Source: Tissierellia bacterium
Lineage (GTDB): Bacteria; Bacillota; Clostridia; Tissierellales; Tepidimicrobiaceae
Reading direction: 5' to 3'
Assembly (NCBI GenBank): GCA_036720245.1
Contig: DAIMNI010000001.1
Span: 33,053 to 97,052, forward strand
DNA length: 64,000 nucleotides
Shown here one piece after another: positions 31,696 to 41,962 of the stretch. Numbering within the stretch: position 1 is the stretch's first letter; the number at the start of each line of letters is the position of its first letter. The position numbers and the translations under genes were made by a program. The notes under the pieces are model-generated. The model was not told where the DNA came from, did no database searches, and saw only the letters and a list, made by a program, of their open reading frames with translations.

Positions 31696-32469
31696 ATGTT
31701 ATTAGTAATAGATGTAGGTAATACTAATATAGTATTTGGAGTATATGAAAAGGATAAATTATTATATGACTGGAGAATAGCTACAGAAAAAAATAAAACT
31801 TCTGATGAATATGGACTACTATTTGAACAAATATTTAAATACCATGGCATCTGTCCTAAAGATGTAAAAGATGTAATAATGTCATCAGTAGTGCCTACAT
31901 TGATGCATACATTTTCCGCCATGTGTATTAAATATTTTGAAAAAGAACCTATAATCGTAGGTCCAGGAGTAAAAACTGGAATGAATATTAAATATGACAA
32001 TCCAAAAGAAGTGGGAGCAGATAGAATAGTCAATGCAGTAGCAGCCTATGAAAAATATGGAGGGCCTATAATAATTGTAGATTTTGGCACTGCCATTACC
32101 TTCTGTGCTGTATCCAAAAATGGGGAATATTTAGGAGGTGCTATAGCACCGGGAATTCAAATTTCTAGTGAAGCCTTATTTATGAGGACGGCAAAACTTC
32201 CTAAAGTAGAACTAACAAAGCCCGATACAGTTATTTCAAAAAACACAGTAAATAGTATTCAATCTGGTTTAATCTATGGATATATAGGATTAGTAGATTA
32301 TATTGTAGAAAAAATGATGGAAGAATTAAAAGACGAAGGGGAAGTTAAAACTGTAATTGGAACGGGCGGATTTTCTTCCCTAATAGGAAGTGAATCCAAA
32401 TATATAAATAAAATTGACAAATTACTAACCTTTGATGGACTTAGGATTATATATGAAAGAAACAAGTAG
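31696..32469 (+). CDS. coaX: type III pantothenate kinase
   Basis: [17 protein letters not shown]..., [22 protein letters not shown]. Confidence 0.95.
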   Translation: MLLVIDVGNTNIVFGVYEKDKLLYDWRIATEKNKTSDEYGLLFEQIFKYHGICPKDVKDVIMSSVVPTLMHTFSAMCIKYFEKEPIIVGPGVKTGMNIKYDNPKEVGADRIVNAVAAYEKYGGPIIIVDFGTAITFCAVSKNGEYLGGAIAPGIQISSEALFMRTAKLPKVELTKPDTVISKNTVNSIQSGLIYGYIGLVDYIVEKMMEELKDEGEVKTVIGTGGFSSLIGSESKYINKIDKLLTFDGLRIIYERNK

Positions 32470-32506
32470 CCATTTGGCTACTTGTTTCCTAATATGAGGT
32501 GAAAAA

Positions 32507-33448
32507 ATGCAAATAGGCAATGTGGAAATTAAAAATAATATTTTCTTGGCACCTATGGCAGGGGTTACAGATAGTAGTTATAGAATAATAGCAAGGGAAA
32601 TGGGAGCAGGCTTAGTAACTACAGAAATGATAAGTGCCAAGGGATTATATTATAAAGATGAGAACACCAAAAAATTAACTACTATAGATCCTAGAGAAAA
32701 TCCAATTGCCCTACAAATATTTGGTTCAGACCCCAAAATTATGGCAATAGTTACAGAAAAATATATTAATCCTAGAAAAGATATAGATATAATAGATATA
32801 AATATGGGCTGCCCTGCACCTAAAATTGTCAAAAATGGAGAGGGCTCAGCTTTAATGAAAAACCCTTCTCTAATAAGGGATATATTAAGGGAAATGGTAA
32901 AGGCATCTAATAAACCAATTACATTAAAAATACGTATGGGATGGGATCATGATAATATTAATGGAATAGAAATAGGAAAAATTGCAGAAGAAGAGGGTGT
33001 ATCCGCATTAACTATTCACGGACGAACTAGGGATATGTTTTATTCAGGAGTTGCTGATTGGGACTATATTAAAAGTGTAAAGGAAAACCTTAGTATTCCC
33101 ATTATAGGAAATGGGGATATATTCAAGCCAATAGATGCTATAAGAATGATGGAATACACAAATTGTGATGGGGTAGCCATAGGTAGAGGGGCTATGGGAA
33201 ATCCTTGGATATTTAAAGGTACAAATCCAAGCCCAGAAGAAAAAATAGATATGGCCATAAGGCATTTAGATTTATTATGCAATATGAAGGGAGAATATAT
33301 TGGAGTAAAGGAAATGAGAAAACATATTTCTTGGTACTTAAAGGGACTTAAGAATTCTAATACAATAAAAAATGAAATAAATACTATAAATGAAAAAACT
33401 AAAATGGTAAATACTTTATTAGAATATAAATTACAGCTAAATCAGTAA
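32507..33448 (+). CDS. dusB: tRNA-dihydrouridine synthase
   Basis: FLAPMAGVTDSSYR, DINMGCPAPKIV, LTIHGRT, GNGDI. Confidence 0.9.
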   Translation: MQIGNVEIKNNIFLAPMAGVTDSSYRIIAREMGAGLVTTEMISAKGLYYKDENTKKLTTIDPRENPIALQIFGSDPKIMAIVTEKYINPRKDIDIIDINMGCPAPKIVKNGEGSALMKNPSLIRDILREMVKASNKPITLKIRMGWDHDNINGIEIGKIAEEEGVSALTIHGRTRDMFYSGVADWDYIKSVKENLSIPIIGNGDIFKPIDAIRMMEYTNCDGVAIGRGAMGNPWIFKGTNPSPEEKIDMAIRHLDLLCNMKGEYIGVKEMRKHISWYLKGLKNSNTIKNEINTINEKTKMVNTLLEYKLQLNQ

Positions 33449-33711
33449 TACCTAAAGAATATTTCTCATATAATACATTACCAAATAGGTAAAGGGGTGG
33501 TTTTATTGGGTTTTTATATATTGTAGAGGAGGGGAACACAAACACTTTCCAAAAATTAATCCAAAAATTAAAGCCAAGAATTGTAGATATTATCTATGAT
33601 AATGAGGAAAACAAAATAGGTATAATTAGCAAATTTAATTTAGAGGACAGGGAAGATACTGAAAAATTAATTAAAAAGATAAATAAAGTAAAAGAAAAAG
33701 ATACAAAATAT

Positions 33712-34383
33712 TTGCTTATAGAGAATATAAATCTATTTAGTAGGGAAAACATCAATAGAATTGAAAATGAAACTAATTTAAAAGTCCTAGATGGAATAAA
33801 TATAAAATCTCATTATCTTCCAATAGTTTTAAAAAAATTGTATATATTATTAGATGAAAGTTTAGAAGAAAAAGAAATATTGCTTTTTTGTGGAGATAAA
33901 AAAATAACAGAGAATTTTATATTAGCTTTATGTAAGGATGCAAAATTTATTACCCTAGCGGGAGATAATGAAAAAATAATAGAAGACATATCCAAAAGCA
34001 TATTAGAAAACACAGGATTATCTATTTTTTACTCTAAAAACATAGATAGAATTTTAAAAAATTATTCTATCATAATTAATTTAAATGAAAATACAGAAAT
34101 TAATATGGCTAAGGTTAGAAAAGGAGCTATAATTTTTGATTTTAGTTTTGAAAAGGTTTTAAAGGATTCAGAAAGCTATGGAATTATAGGGGATTTTATA
34201 TTTAAAACAGATGGATTAAATATTAAGAAGAATCCATATATAGAAAATAATATATCCTCTCATATATATGAATATTTTAACAGGGCAAGAATAGAGGATT
34301 TAAAAGGATTATTAATAGGAAAACAGGAATATAGCCCTGAAAATTTCATAGATGTTAAAATTAGACAAAATAGAAGACTATAA
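33712..34383 (+). CDS. hypothetical protein; true 5' end unresolved (frame open back to 33493)
   Basis: The track start is a TTG without a convincing RBS. The same frame has no stop for 73 codons upstream but also no ATG/GTG/TTG there. No family recognised. Confidence 0.45.
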   Translation: MLIENINLFSRENINRIENETNLKVLDGINIKSHYLPIVLKKLYILLDESLEEKEILLFCGDKKITENFILALCKDAKFITLAGDNEKIIEDISKSILENTGLSIFYSKNIDRILKNYSIIINLNENTEINMAKVRKGAIIFDFSFEKVLKDSESYGIIGDFIFKTDGLNIKKNPYIENNISSHIYEYFNRARIEDLKGLLIGKQEYSPENFIDVKIRQNRRL

Positions 34384-34489
34384 TAACTTGACAATAGGCA
34401 TTAGCTTGTTTATAATATTTTTCATATATGTATATAATAAATTCGTTTAAAAGGCAAATTGACCAAATTATGGAAAAGGAGAGAGTTAG

Positions 34490-34966
34490 ATGGCTGAAAA
34501 AGCTGTATTTTTGACTGAAGAGGGGCTAAACAAATTAGAAAATGAATTAGATGAATTAAAAACTATCAAAAGAAGGGAAATTGCAGAAAAGATAAAACAA
34601 GCCTTGGCTTTTGGGGATATATCTGAGAATTCCGAGTACGATCAAGCAAAGAACGAGCAGGCCCAATTAGAAGAAAGAATAGCAAAATTAGAAATGATAC
34701 TTAGAAATGCAAAATTAATAGATGATGAGGACATCACTACAGATGTAGTAAGCGTAGGTTCTAAAGTTATGGTAAAGGATTTAGAATACGATGAGGAAAT
34801 GGAATATATTATAGTAGGTTCCGCAGAAGCAGATCCATATGAAGGAAAGATTTCCAACGAATCCCCAGTAGGCTCTGCCTTACTTGGCAAAAAACAAGAA
34901 GAAATTGTAGAGGTACATGTACCGGATGGAATTATAAAATACCAAATCCTAAGTATCACTAGATAA
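34490..34966 (+). CDS. greA: transcription elongation factor GreA
   Basis: [17 protein letters not shown]...[18 protein letters not shown] coiled-coil with acidic tip, and a C-terminal FKBP-like domain. Confidence 0.95.
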   Translation: MAEKAVFLTEEGLNKLENELDELKTIKRREIAEKIKQALAFGDISENSEYDQAKNEQAQLEERIAKLEMILRNAKLIDDEDITTDVVSVGSKVMVKDLEYDEEMEYIIVGSAEADPYEGKISNESPVGSALLGKKQEEIVEVHVPDGIIKYQILSITR

Positions 34967-34983
34967 AAGGAGGTTAAAATTTA

Positions 34984-36456
34984 GTGTCAGAAGACAATCT
35001 TAATGAAATGCTTATGATGAGAAGGGAAAAATTAGAAGAGTTAAAGGAAATGGGGGAAAACCCCTTTCTAATAGAAAAGTACGATTGTACTCATCATAGT
35101 AGCACAATAAAGGAAAATTTTGAAGAATTAGAAGGAAAAACTGTATCAGTTGCAGGGAGGATAATGTCTAGAAGAGGTCATGGTAAAGTTAATTTTATGG
35201 ATCTTCAAGACAGTCAAGGAAAAATTCAATTATTTGTTCAAATGAATGCACTAGGAGAAGAAGCCTATAATAAATTACATTTATTAGATTTAGGAGATAT
35301 TGTAGGGGCAAAGGGAGAAGTATTTAGAACTAAAACAGGCGAAGTATCTATAAGGGTAAAAGAATTAAAATTACTTACAAAATCCTTACAAATATTACCT
35401 GAAAAGTTCCATGGTTTGAAGGATCAAGATTTAAGATATAGGCAAAGATATGTAGATTTAATAGTAAATCCAGAAGTAAAAGAAACTTTTATACTTAGAT
35501 CTAAAATAATAAAAGCTATAAGGGAATATCTAGATAATAGAGGTTTTCTAGAAGTAGACACACCAATATTAAACACTATATCAGGTGGAGCTACTGCTAG
35601 ACCATTTATCACTCATCACAATACGCTAGACATTGATATGTACTTACGTATAGCTAATGAATTGTACTTAAAAAGGCTAATAGTAGGTGGTTTTGATAAG
35701 GTATATGAAATGGGTAGAATGTTTAGAAATGAAGGTATGAGTCCTAAACATAATCCAGAATTTACTAACATTGAGCTATATCAAGCCTATGCAAATTATG
35801 AAGATATGATGGAGCTTACAGAAGAACTAGTAGCTTATGTAGCGGAAGAAACACTAGGTTCACCAAAAATAGAATATCAAGGAACTGAAATAGACCTAAC
35901 TCCACCTTGGAGAAGGATCACTATGATAGATTTAGTAAAAGAATATACTGGAGTAGATTTTAACACTATAGATTCTGACGAAGAAGCTAGGGAAATTGCT
36001 AAGGCCAAAGGCTTAGAAATAGACGCAGGAATGAAAAGGGGCAATATAATTAATGAAATGTTTGAAGAATTTTGTGAAGTTCATTTAATTCAGCCAACTT
36101 TTGTAACCCATTATCCTGTAGAAGTTTCTCCATTAGCAAAAAGAAATGCTAAAGACCCAAGATTAACCAATAGGTTTGAAGCTTTTATGAATTCTTGGGA
36201 AATAGCCAATGCATATAGTGAATTAAATGACCCAATAGATCAAAAAGAAAGATTTAAAGAACAAGAAGCACAAAGGGAAGCAGGAGACAGCGAAGCCCAT
36301 ATGATGGACTTAGACTTTGTAAATGCACTAGAAGTAGGCCTACCACCTACAGGAGGCTTAGGAATAGGTATAGATAGATTAATAATACTTTTAACAAATC
36401 AACCAAGTATTAGAGATGTACTTCTATTCCCAACTATGAAACCAGTAGAAGAATAG
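34984..36456 (+). CDS. lysS: lysine--tRNA ligase (class II)
   Basis: GTG start. OB anticodon-binding domain and class II motifs ([34 protein letters not shown]). Confidence 0.95.
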   Translation: MSEDNLNEMLMMRREKLEELKEMGENPFLIEKYDCTHHSSTIKENFEELEGKTVSVAGRIMSRRGHGKVNFMDLQDSQGKIQLFVQMNALGEEAYNKLHLLDLGDIVGAKGEVFRTKTGEVSIRVKELKLLTKSLQILPEKFHGLKDQDLRYRQRYVDLIVNPEVKETFILRSKIIKAIREYLDNRGFLEVDTPILNTISGGATARPFITHHNTLDIDMYLRIANELYLKRLIVGGFDKVYEMGRMFRNEGMSPKHNPEFTNIELYQAYANYEDMMELTEELVAYVAEETLGSPKIEYQGTEIDLTPPWRRITMIDLVKEYTGVDFNTIDSDEEAREIAKAKGLEIDAGMKRGNIINEMFEEFCEVHLIQPTFVTHYPVEVSPLAKRNAKDPRLTNRFEAFMNSWEIANAYSELNDPIDQKERFKEQEAQREAGDSEAHMMDLDFVNALEVGLPPTGGLGIGIDRLIILLTNQPSIRDVLLFPTMKPVEE

Positions 36457-36458
36457 AT

Positions 36459-36504
36459 TTAAAAAGATGGCAAGGGGACGTTTTGATTGCCATCTTTTTT
36501 TAAA
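36459..36504 (+). terminator. lysS intrinsic terminator = copy 1 of a 46-bp perfect direct repeat
   Basis: ttaaaaagatggcaaggggacgttttgattgccatctttttttaaa. Stem agatggcaa/ttgccatct plus T7. An identical copy lies at 42807-42852. Confidence 0.85.
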
Positions 36505-36559
36505 TTGTACAAACTCTAAAAGTAAGTAAAACACACAAATTGAAATAGTTTAACTTCAT

Positions 36560-36587
36560 AAAAACGGGCTTTAAATAGCCCGTTTTT
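36560..36587. terminator. bidirectional-looking hairpin terminator
   Basis: aaaaacgggct-ttaaat-agcccgttttt. Confidence 0.55.
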
Positions 36588-36799
36588 GTATTGGGGCTTA
36601 ATCATAAATAGTTCAATATTTCCAGTTTAATTCGAATGGAAAAAACTTAAAGGAAAAGGTTTTTTAAAAATAATGTGTTATAATTATATTTAAGAAATAC
36701 AGGAAGTTCAATAAAAAGTTATTATAATTGAGTAAAGAATAATAAGGTTAGAAAATTGGAATAGTTCATTATTTCAATTTTGACCAAGGAGGAAATTCT

Positions 36800-38908
36800 A
36801 TGCAGCTCGATAAAAGATGTATAGCAATTTTGCAATATTTAAGAGAAAAAAAGGATTTTGTCAATATAGAAACTCTAGCAGAAACTTATTCTGTTGTTGA
36901 TAGAACCATTAGATATGATATTGATAAAATTGAAAAGTTTCTTGTAAAGAATGGATTTGATTATTTAGATAGGGAATATGGGAAAGGCGTAAGATTAAAA
37001 AATAGTAAAGGTTTAGAAGAGTTCATAGATAAATTTGTAAATACAGAGACCCCTTATAGATATAACTATTCTAAGGAGGAAAGACAAAAGATAATTATTC
37101 TGCAATTGCTTCAATCTAATGAAGCCATGCAGATATCTAATTTTGAGAAGAGGTTAAATATATCCAGGAATACAGTACTTAAGGAGCTGGATATAGTAGG
37201 AAAATGGCTAGAAGAAAAAGAATTACGACTTATAAGAAAACCAAGAATTGGATTATATATTGAAGGAAGTGAAATAAAAAAGAGAAAGGCAATAGCAGAT
37301 ATTGTTTCTAAAACTATAGATACTGAAGAAATAATTAATTATTTGGGCAATAAGATTGCTATAAATAAAATCAATAATTTTCAGCTTGAAACTCTTTTTT
37401 CAGAAATAGATTTAGAATTTCTCAATACTTTAATAAATTATGCAGAAAATGAATTAAATAGAAGGTTTAGCGATGAGGCATATACCAATTTAATAACCCA
37501 TATTTCAATAATGATAAAAAGGATACAATTAGGTAAAAAAATATATATTCCCGATACCAACTATGAATATATTCAAAATACAGAAGAGTATACGATATCT
37601 AAAGAAATGGTAGAAAGAATTGAGAAAAAGTTCAGTATAGCTGTGCCTGAAGAAGAAGTAGAGTATATTGCTCTTCATCTACTAGGAGCAAAATCATTAG
37701 AATTCAGAGATGTAGAAAAAGACGATCTTTATAATGTTGTTGAAACCATGACCTTAGAAATAGAAGATATATATAATGTAGTATTTACAAATAGGGAGAG
37801 GATAATAGAGGATCTGGTAGTTCACTTAAGGCCTACTATATATAGAATAAAGTTTGATTTAAAACTATATAATCCCTTATACGATAGCATAGTGGAAAAC
37901 TATAAAGAATTATTTGATAATACGAAGTTTGTTTTAAGACATTTAGAAAGATATATAGGAAAAGAAATAGGAGAACATGAAATATCTTATGTTACTTTGC
38001 ATTTTGGGGCAGCATTAAAAAATTCTTCCAATAGGGAAAAGACAAGGCCAAAGGTAATAGTGGTTTGTAGTACTGGTATAGGTACTTCAAAGATGGTAGC
38101 TACACAGATTAGTGAAAGATATGATATGGAGATAGTAGATACATTGTCTCTTAGGAGTTTGAAAAATTACACTGGAGACTATGACTATATAATTAGCACT
38201 ATAGATATACCTGATTTAGAGCCTTCAGAGTATATAAAGGTCAGTTCATTAATGTTAAAGAAAGATTTTGATGAGCTAGAGAAACATTTTAATCCAATAT
38301 ATGCTGAACCTAGTAAAAATGATGATACTTTAGTTATTAAACTAATGAATATTATAGATAAATATACCATTATAAAGGATAGGGAAAGACTAGAATATGA
38401 ACTTCTATACGAGATAAAAGAACATAGGAAGCCTATGCTTTATGAAAGGAGAACTTATATGTTAAAGGATTTGCTTAAAAGAGATGTAATTGAATTGAAT
38501 GTTGAATGTAAAGATTGGAAAGAAGCCATATTGAAAGGGAGTCAAATCTTAATTACTAAAGGATTTATTGAAGAAAGCTATACTAAAGCAATATTTAAAA
38601 GTTTCGAGGAAAATGGTCCCTATATGGTAATAGCACCTGGTATTGTCCTTGCTCATTCTAGACCTGAAGATGGAGTTAATAGAGTATGTATGAGTTTGAT
38701 TACTTTAAAAGAGGGAATAAACTTTGGCAATGAAAGTAACGACCCAGTAAGGCTGATAGTTACCTTTGGTGCAATAGATAGCAAAAGTCATTTAAAAGCT
38801 TTATCACAATTGGTGGAATTATTTATGAATGATAAGGATATTAATAAAATCATATCTTCAACCACTAAAGATGATGTGCTAGATGTAATTTATAAATATT
38901 CAAAGTAA
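36800..38908 (+). CDS. PRD-containing PTS regulator (MtlR/LicR architecture: HTH-PRD-PRD-EIIB-like-EIIA)
   Basis: 702 aa. N-terminal wHTH domains and two PRD regions (LITHISIMIKR.., VVHLRPTIYR..). An EIIB-like block KVIVVCSTGIGTSKM. A C-terminal domain collinear with my recollection of E. coli UlaC (GPYMVIAPGIVLAHSRPEDGV ... NDPVRLIVTFGAID). Confidence 0.8.
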   Translation: MQLDKRCIAILQYLREKKDFVNIETLAETYSVVDRTIRYDIDKIEKFLVKNGFDYLDREYGKGVRLKNSKGLEEFIDKFVNTETPYRYNYSKEERQKIIILQLLQSNEAMQISNFEKRLNISRNTVLKELDIVGKWLEEKELRLIRKPRIGLYIEGSEIKKRKAIADIVSKTIDTEEIINYLGNKIAINKINNFQLETLFSEIDLEFLNTLINYAENELNRRFSDEAYTNLITHISIMIKRIQLGKKIYIPDTNYEYIQNTEEYTISKEMVERIEKKFSIAVPEEEVEYIALHLLGAKSLEFRDVEKDDLYNVVETMTLEIEDIYNVVFTNRERIIEDLVVHLRPTIYRIKFDLKLYNPLYDSIVENYKELFDNTKFVLRHLERYIGKEIGEHEISYVTLHFGAALKNSSNREKTRPKVIVVCSTGIGTSKMVATQISERYDMEIVDTLSLRSLKNYTGDYDYIISTIDIPDLEPSEYIKVSSLMLKKDFDELEKHFNPIYAEPSKNDDTLVIKLMNIIDKYTIIKDRERLEYELLYEIKEHRKPMLYERRTYMLKDLLKRDVIELNVECKDWKEAILKGSQILITKGFIEESYTKAIFKSFEENGPYMVIAPGIVLAHSRPEDGVNRVCMSLITLKEGINFGNESNDPVRLIVTFGAIDSKSHLKALSQLVELFMNDKDINKIISSTTKDDVLDVIYKYSK

Positions 38909-38951
38909 GAGATTTGGTAGTATTAAGTAGCATTTTTAAGGAGGGGATTTA

Positions 38952-39953
38952 ATGAAGAAGATTGCTTTAATTATAAGTGGAGGTGATGGAGCAGGAATAA
39001 ATTGTACAATAGGGGCAATTGCAGAAAGTAAAAAATATGAATTAATGGGATTTAACGATTCATTCGATGGAATAATAAGTAACGATAGTATAAGGCTTAA
39101 ATCTAGTTTCATGGAAAATAAGTATCTAGATGGAAAACAAGTAATAAGGACTTCTAGGAGTAAGCTTCCACGTACTCAAAAAGGAATTGATAAAATTAAA
39201 GAGTCATTACACAGCAAAGATATTGATGCTTTAATAATATGTGGAGGCAATGGTTCTTTGGTATCAGCTAAAAAGCTATTTGATAATGGAATCAATACTA
39301 TATATGTACCTATGACAATAGATAATGATGTAAATTATTCTTCATATTCCATAGGATATGATACAGCATTAAATAATATCTTAAATACAATTAAAGGATT
39401 AGAAGATACCTCAGCTAATATGCCTGGTAGGATATTTATGGTTGAGGTATTAGGAGGAAATAGTGGTCATCTTGCTTTAGAAAGTGGCTTAGCAGGGTTT
39501 GCTGATTTAATTATTATTCCAGAATTTTCTACAGACTATGATGATATAGCAAATGCTGTAACAAATAAATTAAAAAATAAGAACTCGCTTATAATTATTT
39601 GTTCAGAATCAGCATATGAAGAAAAAAACTATGAAATAGGTAATCAAGGTATATCCTTGGCTATAGGGAAAATAATACAATCTAAAACAGGCATAAGAGT
39701 AAGGCATACTATTATGGGATTTAATATAAGATCTGGCAGACCTACAGAGAGAGATGCATTAATTGCAACATTAATGGGTCATAAGTGCAAAACTATGATA
39801 GAAAATGATGAATATGGTGAAATGATCTCTTATAAAAATGGGAAAATAGAAGGTATAGATTTCGAAATAATTGAGCCTTCGCAAATAAAAAAGTTGGATG
39901 AAACTCAATTGCTAGTTGCCAAAGATAGAAAAATGATAATAGGAGGAATATAA
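38952..39953 (+). CDS. PfkA-family ATP-dependent sugar-phosphate kinase (6-phosphofructokinase-like)
   Basis: IISGGDGAGIN, ICGGNGS, PMTIDNDV, VEVLGGNSGHLAL. The substrate is not assignable from sequence. Confidence 0.7.
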   Translation: MKKIALIISGGDGAGINCTIGAIAESKKYELMGFNDSFDGIISNDSIRLKSSFMENKYLDGKQVIRTSRSKLPRTQKGIDKIKESLHSKDIDALIICGGNGSLVSAKKLFDNGINTIYVPMTIDNDVNYSSYSIGYDTALNNILNTIKGLEDTSANMPGRIFMVEVLGGNSGHLALESGLAGFADLIIIPEFSTDYDDIANAVTNKLKNKNSLIIICSESAYEEKNYEIGNQGISLAIGKIIQSKTGIRVRHTIMGFNIRSGRPTERDALIATLMGHKCKTMIENDEYGEMISYKNGKIEGIDFEIIEPSQIKKLDETQLLVAKDRKMIIGGI

Positions 39954-40244
39954 ATGTTAAAAATTTTAGTTGTATGTGGGGCTGGATTAGGTAGTAGTTT
40001 TGCATGCCAGATGACCGTAGAAAGTGTACTAAAGGATTTAAATGTTGAAGCAAAGGTTGACCATAGTGATATTTCATCCGCAGCAGGAACAAAGGCTGAT
40101 ATAGTTATGGCTGCCAGTAATTTTGAAAAGCAGTTCGAAAGATATGATATGAAGGCAAAAACCATATTTTTAAAACGTTTAGTAGATAAGAATGAAATAA
40201 AGGAAAAACTTACCCCAGTGCTAAAAGAAATGGGAGAAATTTAA
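39954..40244 (+). CDS. PTS EIIB component (ascorbate/galactitol-type)
   Basis: MLKILVVCGAGLGSSF active-site Cys loop. 96 aa. Confidence 0.85.
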   Translation: MLKILVVCGAGLGSSFACQMTVESVLKDLNVEAKVDHSDISSAAGTKADIVMAASNFEKQFERYDMKAKTIFLKRLVDKNEIKEKLTPVLKEMGEI

Positions 40245-40266
40245 AAAATAGAAAGGATGGGACAAG

Positions 40267-41547
40267 ATGAAAGCTGTTAATTTTATTATAAATAATATAC
40301 TCACACAAGCCTCTATTACTATAGCATTAATAGCGATGCTAGGATTGATGTTACAAAAGAAAAAGTTTGGTGAAGTTTTGTCGGGCACATTTAAAACTTT
40401 GCTAGGTTTTATGGTATTATCCGCTGGATCAGGTATTATAGTTGAGTCCTTAGTATACTTTGGAGAAATATTTACTACTGGATTTGGTATGCAAGGTATA
40501 ATTCCTTCTATAGAAGCAATAAATGGTCAAGCTATGAATGAATTAGGACTAGGTAATGCCATAGCATTAACATTTTTAGCTATTTTTGTAGTAAATATAA
40601 TTATTGCTAGATTTACTAGGTTCAAATATATCTTTCTAACAGGGCAAGCTATCTTATGGATGGCTACTATGACAACTATATTTGGAAGTTTTGCTGGATT
40701 AGAAGGGGCAACATTAATTATTGTAGGTGGTATTATAGGTGGTATATTTGCAGTAGCAATGCCAGCTATAGCTCAACCTATAGTTAGAAAAATTACTGGC
40801 TCAGATGATATTGCATTGGGACACTTTTGTACTATAGGATATATGTTTACAGCTTTTATATCAAAATTAGTTGGCGATAGTTCTAAATCAACAGAAGATA
40901 TTAATTTGCCTAAAGGATTTGAATTTTTACAAGACACATATCTTTCAGTTGGAATAGTAATGATAATATTATTTATGGTTACTGCAGCTTTTGCAGGTGC
41001 AGAACCAGTAGCTGAGATGGCAGGTAATACAAATTATATGGTATATGCATTTTTAAAGGCAATGCAGTTTGTAGTTGGAACATATGTATTATTATCAGGC
41101 GTAAGATTATTACTTGCAGAAATAGTTCCTGCATTTAGAGGAATAGCTTTAAAGGTTATACCTAATGCTAAACCTGCATTGGACTGTCCTGTATTATTCC
41201 CATATGCACCTAATGCTGTTACAATTGGATTTATTACAACAACAATTGGTTCAGTAATAGCAATGATTGTGCTACCATTTTTTTCACTACCTATGTTATT
41301 ACCAGGTATGCTGTCTAACTTCTTTGCAGGGGGTACAGCTGGGATATTCGGTAATGCAACTGGAGGTAGGAGAGGTGCTGTAATTTCTGGTATAGCACAT
41401 GGATTTTTTATAACATTATTACCTGCACTTTTGGTAAATGTTTTTAATAGTATGGGATTTGTTAATGCAACAGCAACAGATGTCGATACGGTTGTAGTAG
41501 CATTGATATATGCTTGGATATTAACTCCAATATTAAAAAGAAGTTAA
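40267..41547 (+). CDS. PTS EIIC component, UlaA/SgaT (ascorbate) family
   Basis: 426-aa polytopic protein. N-terminal FIINNILTQASITIALIAMLGL and overall layout fit the SgaT/UlaA family. Adjacent to the matching EIIB. Confidence 0.8.
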   Translation: MKAVNFIINNILTQASITIALIAMLGLMLQKKKFGEVLSGTFKTLLGFMVLSAGSGIIVESLVYFGEIFTTGFGMQGIIPSIEAINGQAMNELGLGNAIALTFLAIFVVNIIIARFTRFKYIFLTGQAILWMATMTTIFGSFAGLEGATLIIVGGIIGGIFAVAMPAIAQPIVRKITGSDDIALGHFCTIGYMFTAFISKLVGDSSKSTEDINLPKGFEFLQDTYLSVGIVMIILFMVTAAFAGAEPVAEMAGNTNYMVYAFLKAMQFVVGTYVLLSGVRLLLAEIVPAFRGIALKVIPNAKPALDCPVLFPYAPNAVTIGFITTTIGSVIAMIVLPFFSLPMLLPGMLSNFFAGGTAGIFGNATGGRRGAVISGIAHGFFITLLPALLVNVFNSMGFVNATATDVDTVVVALIYAWILTPILKRS

Positions 41548-41566
41548 TTAGGGAGATGGTGATAAT

Positions 41567-41947
41567 ATGTCCTTCTTAAATAAAATATTTAAATTTAATA
41601 AGAAGACAAATGATAGTATAGTTAATACGAAGGATATTTATGTTAATAAGGAAAATGATACTGCAGATTCCTTAGTTGATGATGTTAAGATAGATTTAGA
41701 TTCAATTCTTGATAGTGCTAAAAAGTTTGAAAATGATGGAGACATTGAAAAGGCTATAGAGGAATATGAGAAATATGTATTAAATGCAAAACAATTAGGC
41801 CCTGTGTATGGGAAGTTGATGAATTTATATAATGCTAAATTAAAAGAAGCAAGAGAAAGCGGCAATGATGAAGAAATACAGTATTATTTAAATAAAATTG
41901 ACGCATTGATGCAGAGATCCAAGGATCTTCTTAGGGGTAGAATATAG
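41567..41947 (+). CDS. hypothetical soluble acidic/helical protein inside the PTS operon
   Basis: 126 aa with a good RBS (GGGAGATGG). No recognised motif beyond one TPR-like helix pair (GDIEKAIEEYEKYVLNAKQLG). Confidence 0.5.
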   Translation: MSFLNKIFKFNKKTNDSIVNTKDIYVNKENDTADSLVDDVKIDLDSILDSAKKFENDGDIEKAIEEYEKYVLNAKQLGPVYGKLMNLYNAKLKEARESGNDEEIQYYLNKIDALMQRSKDLLRGRI

Positions 41948-41962
41948 GAGGTATTAGATATT

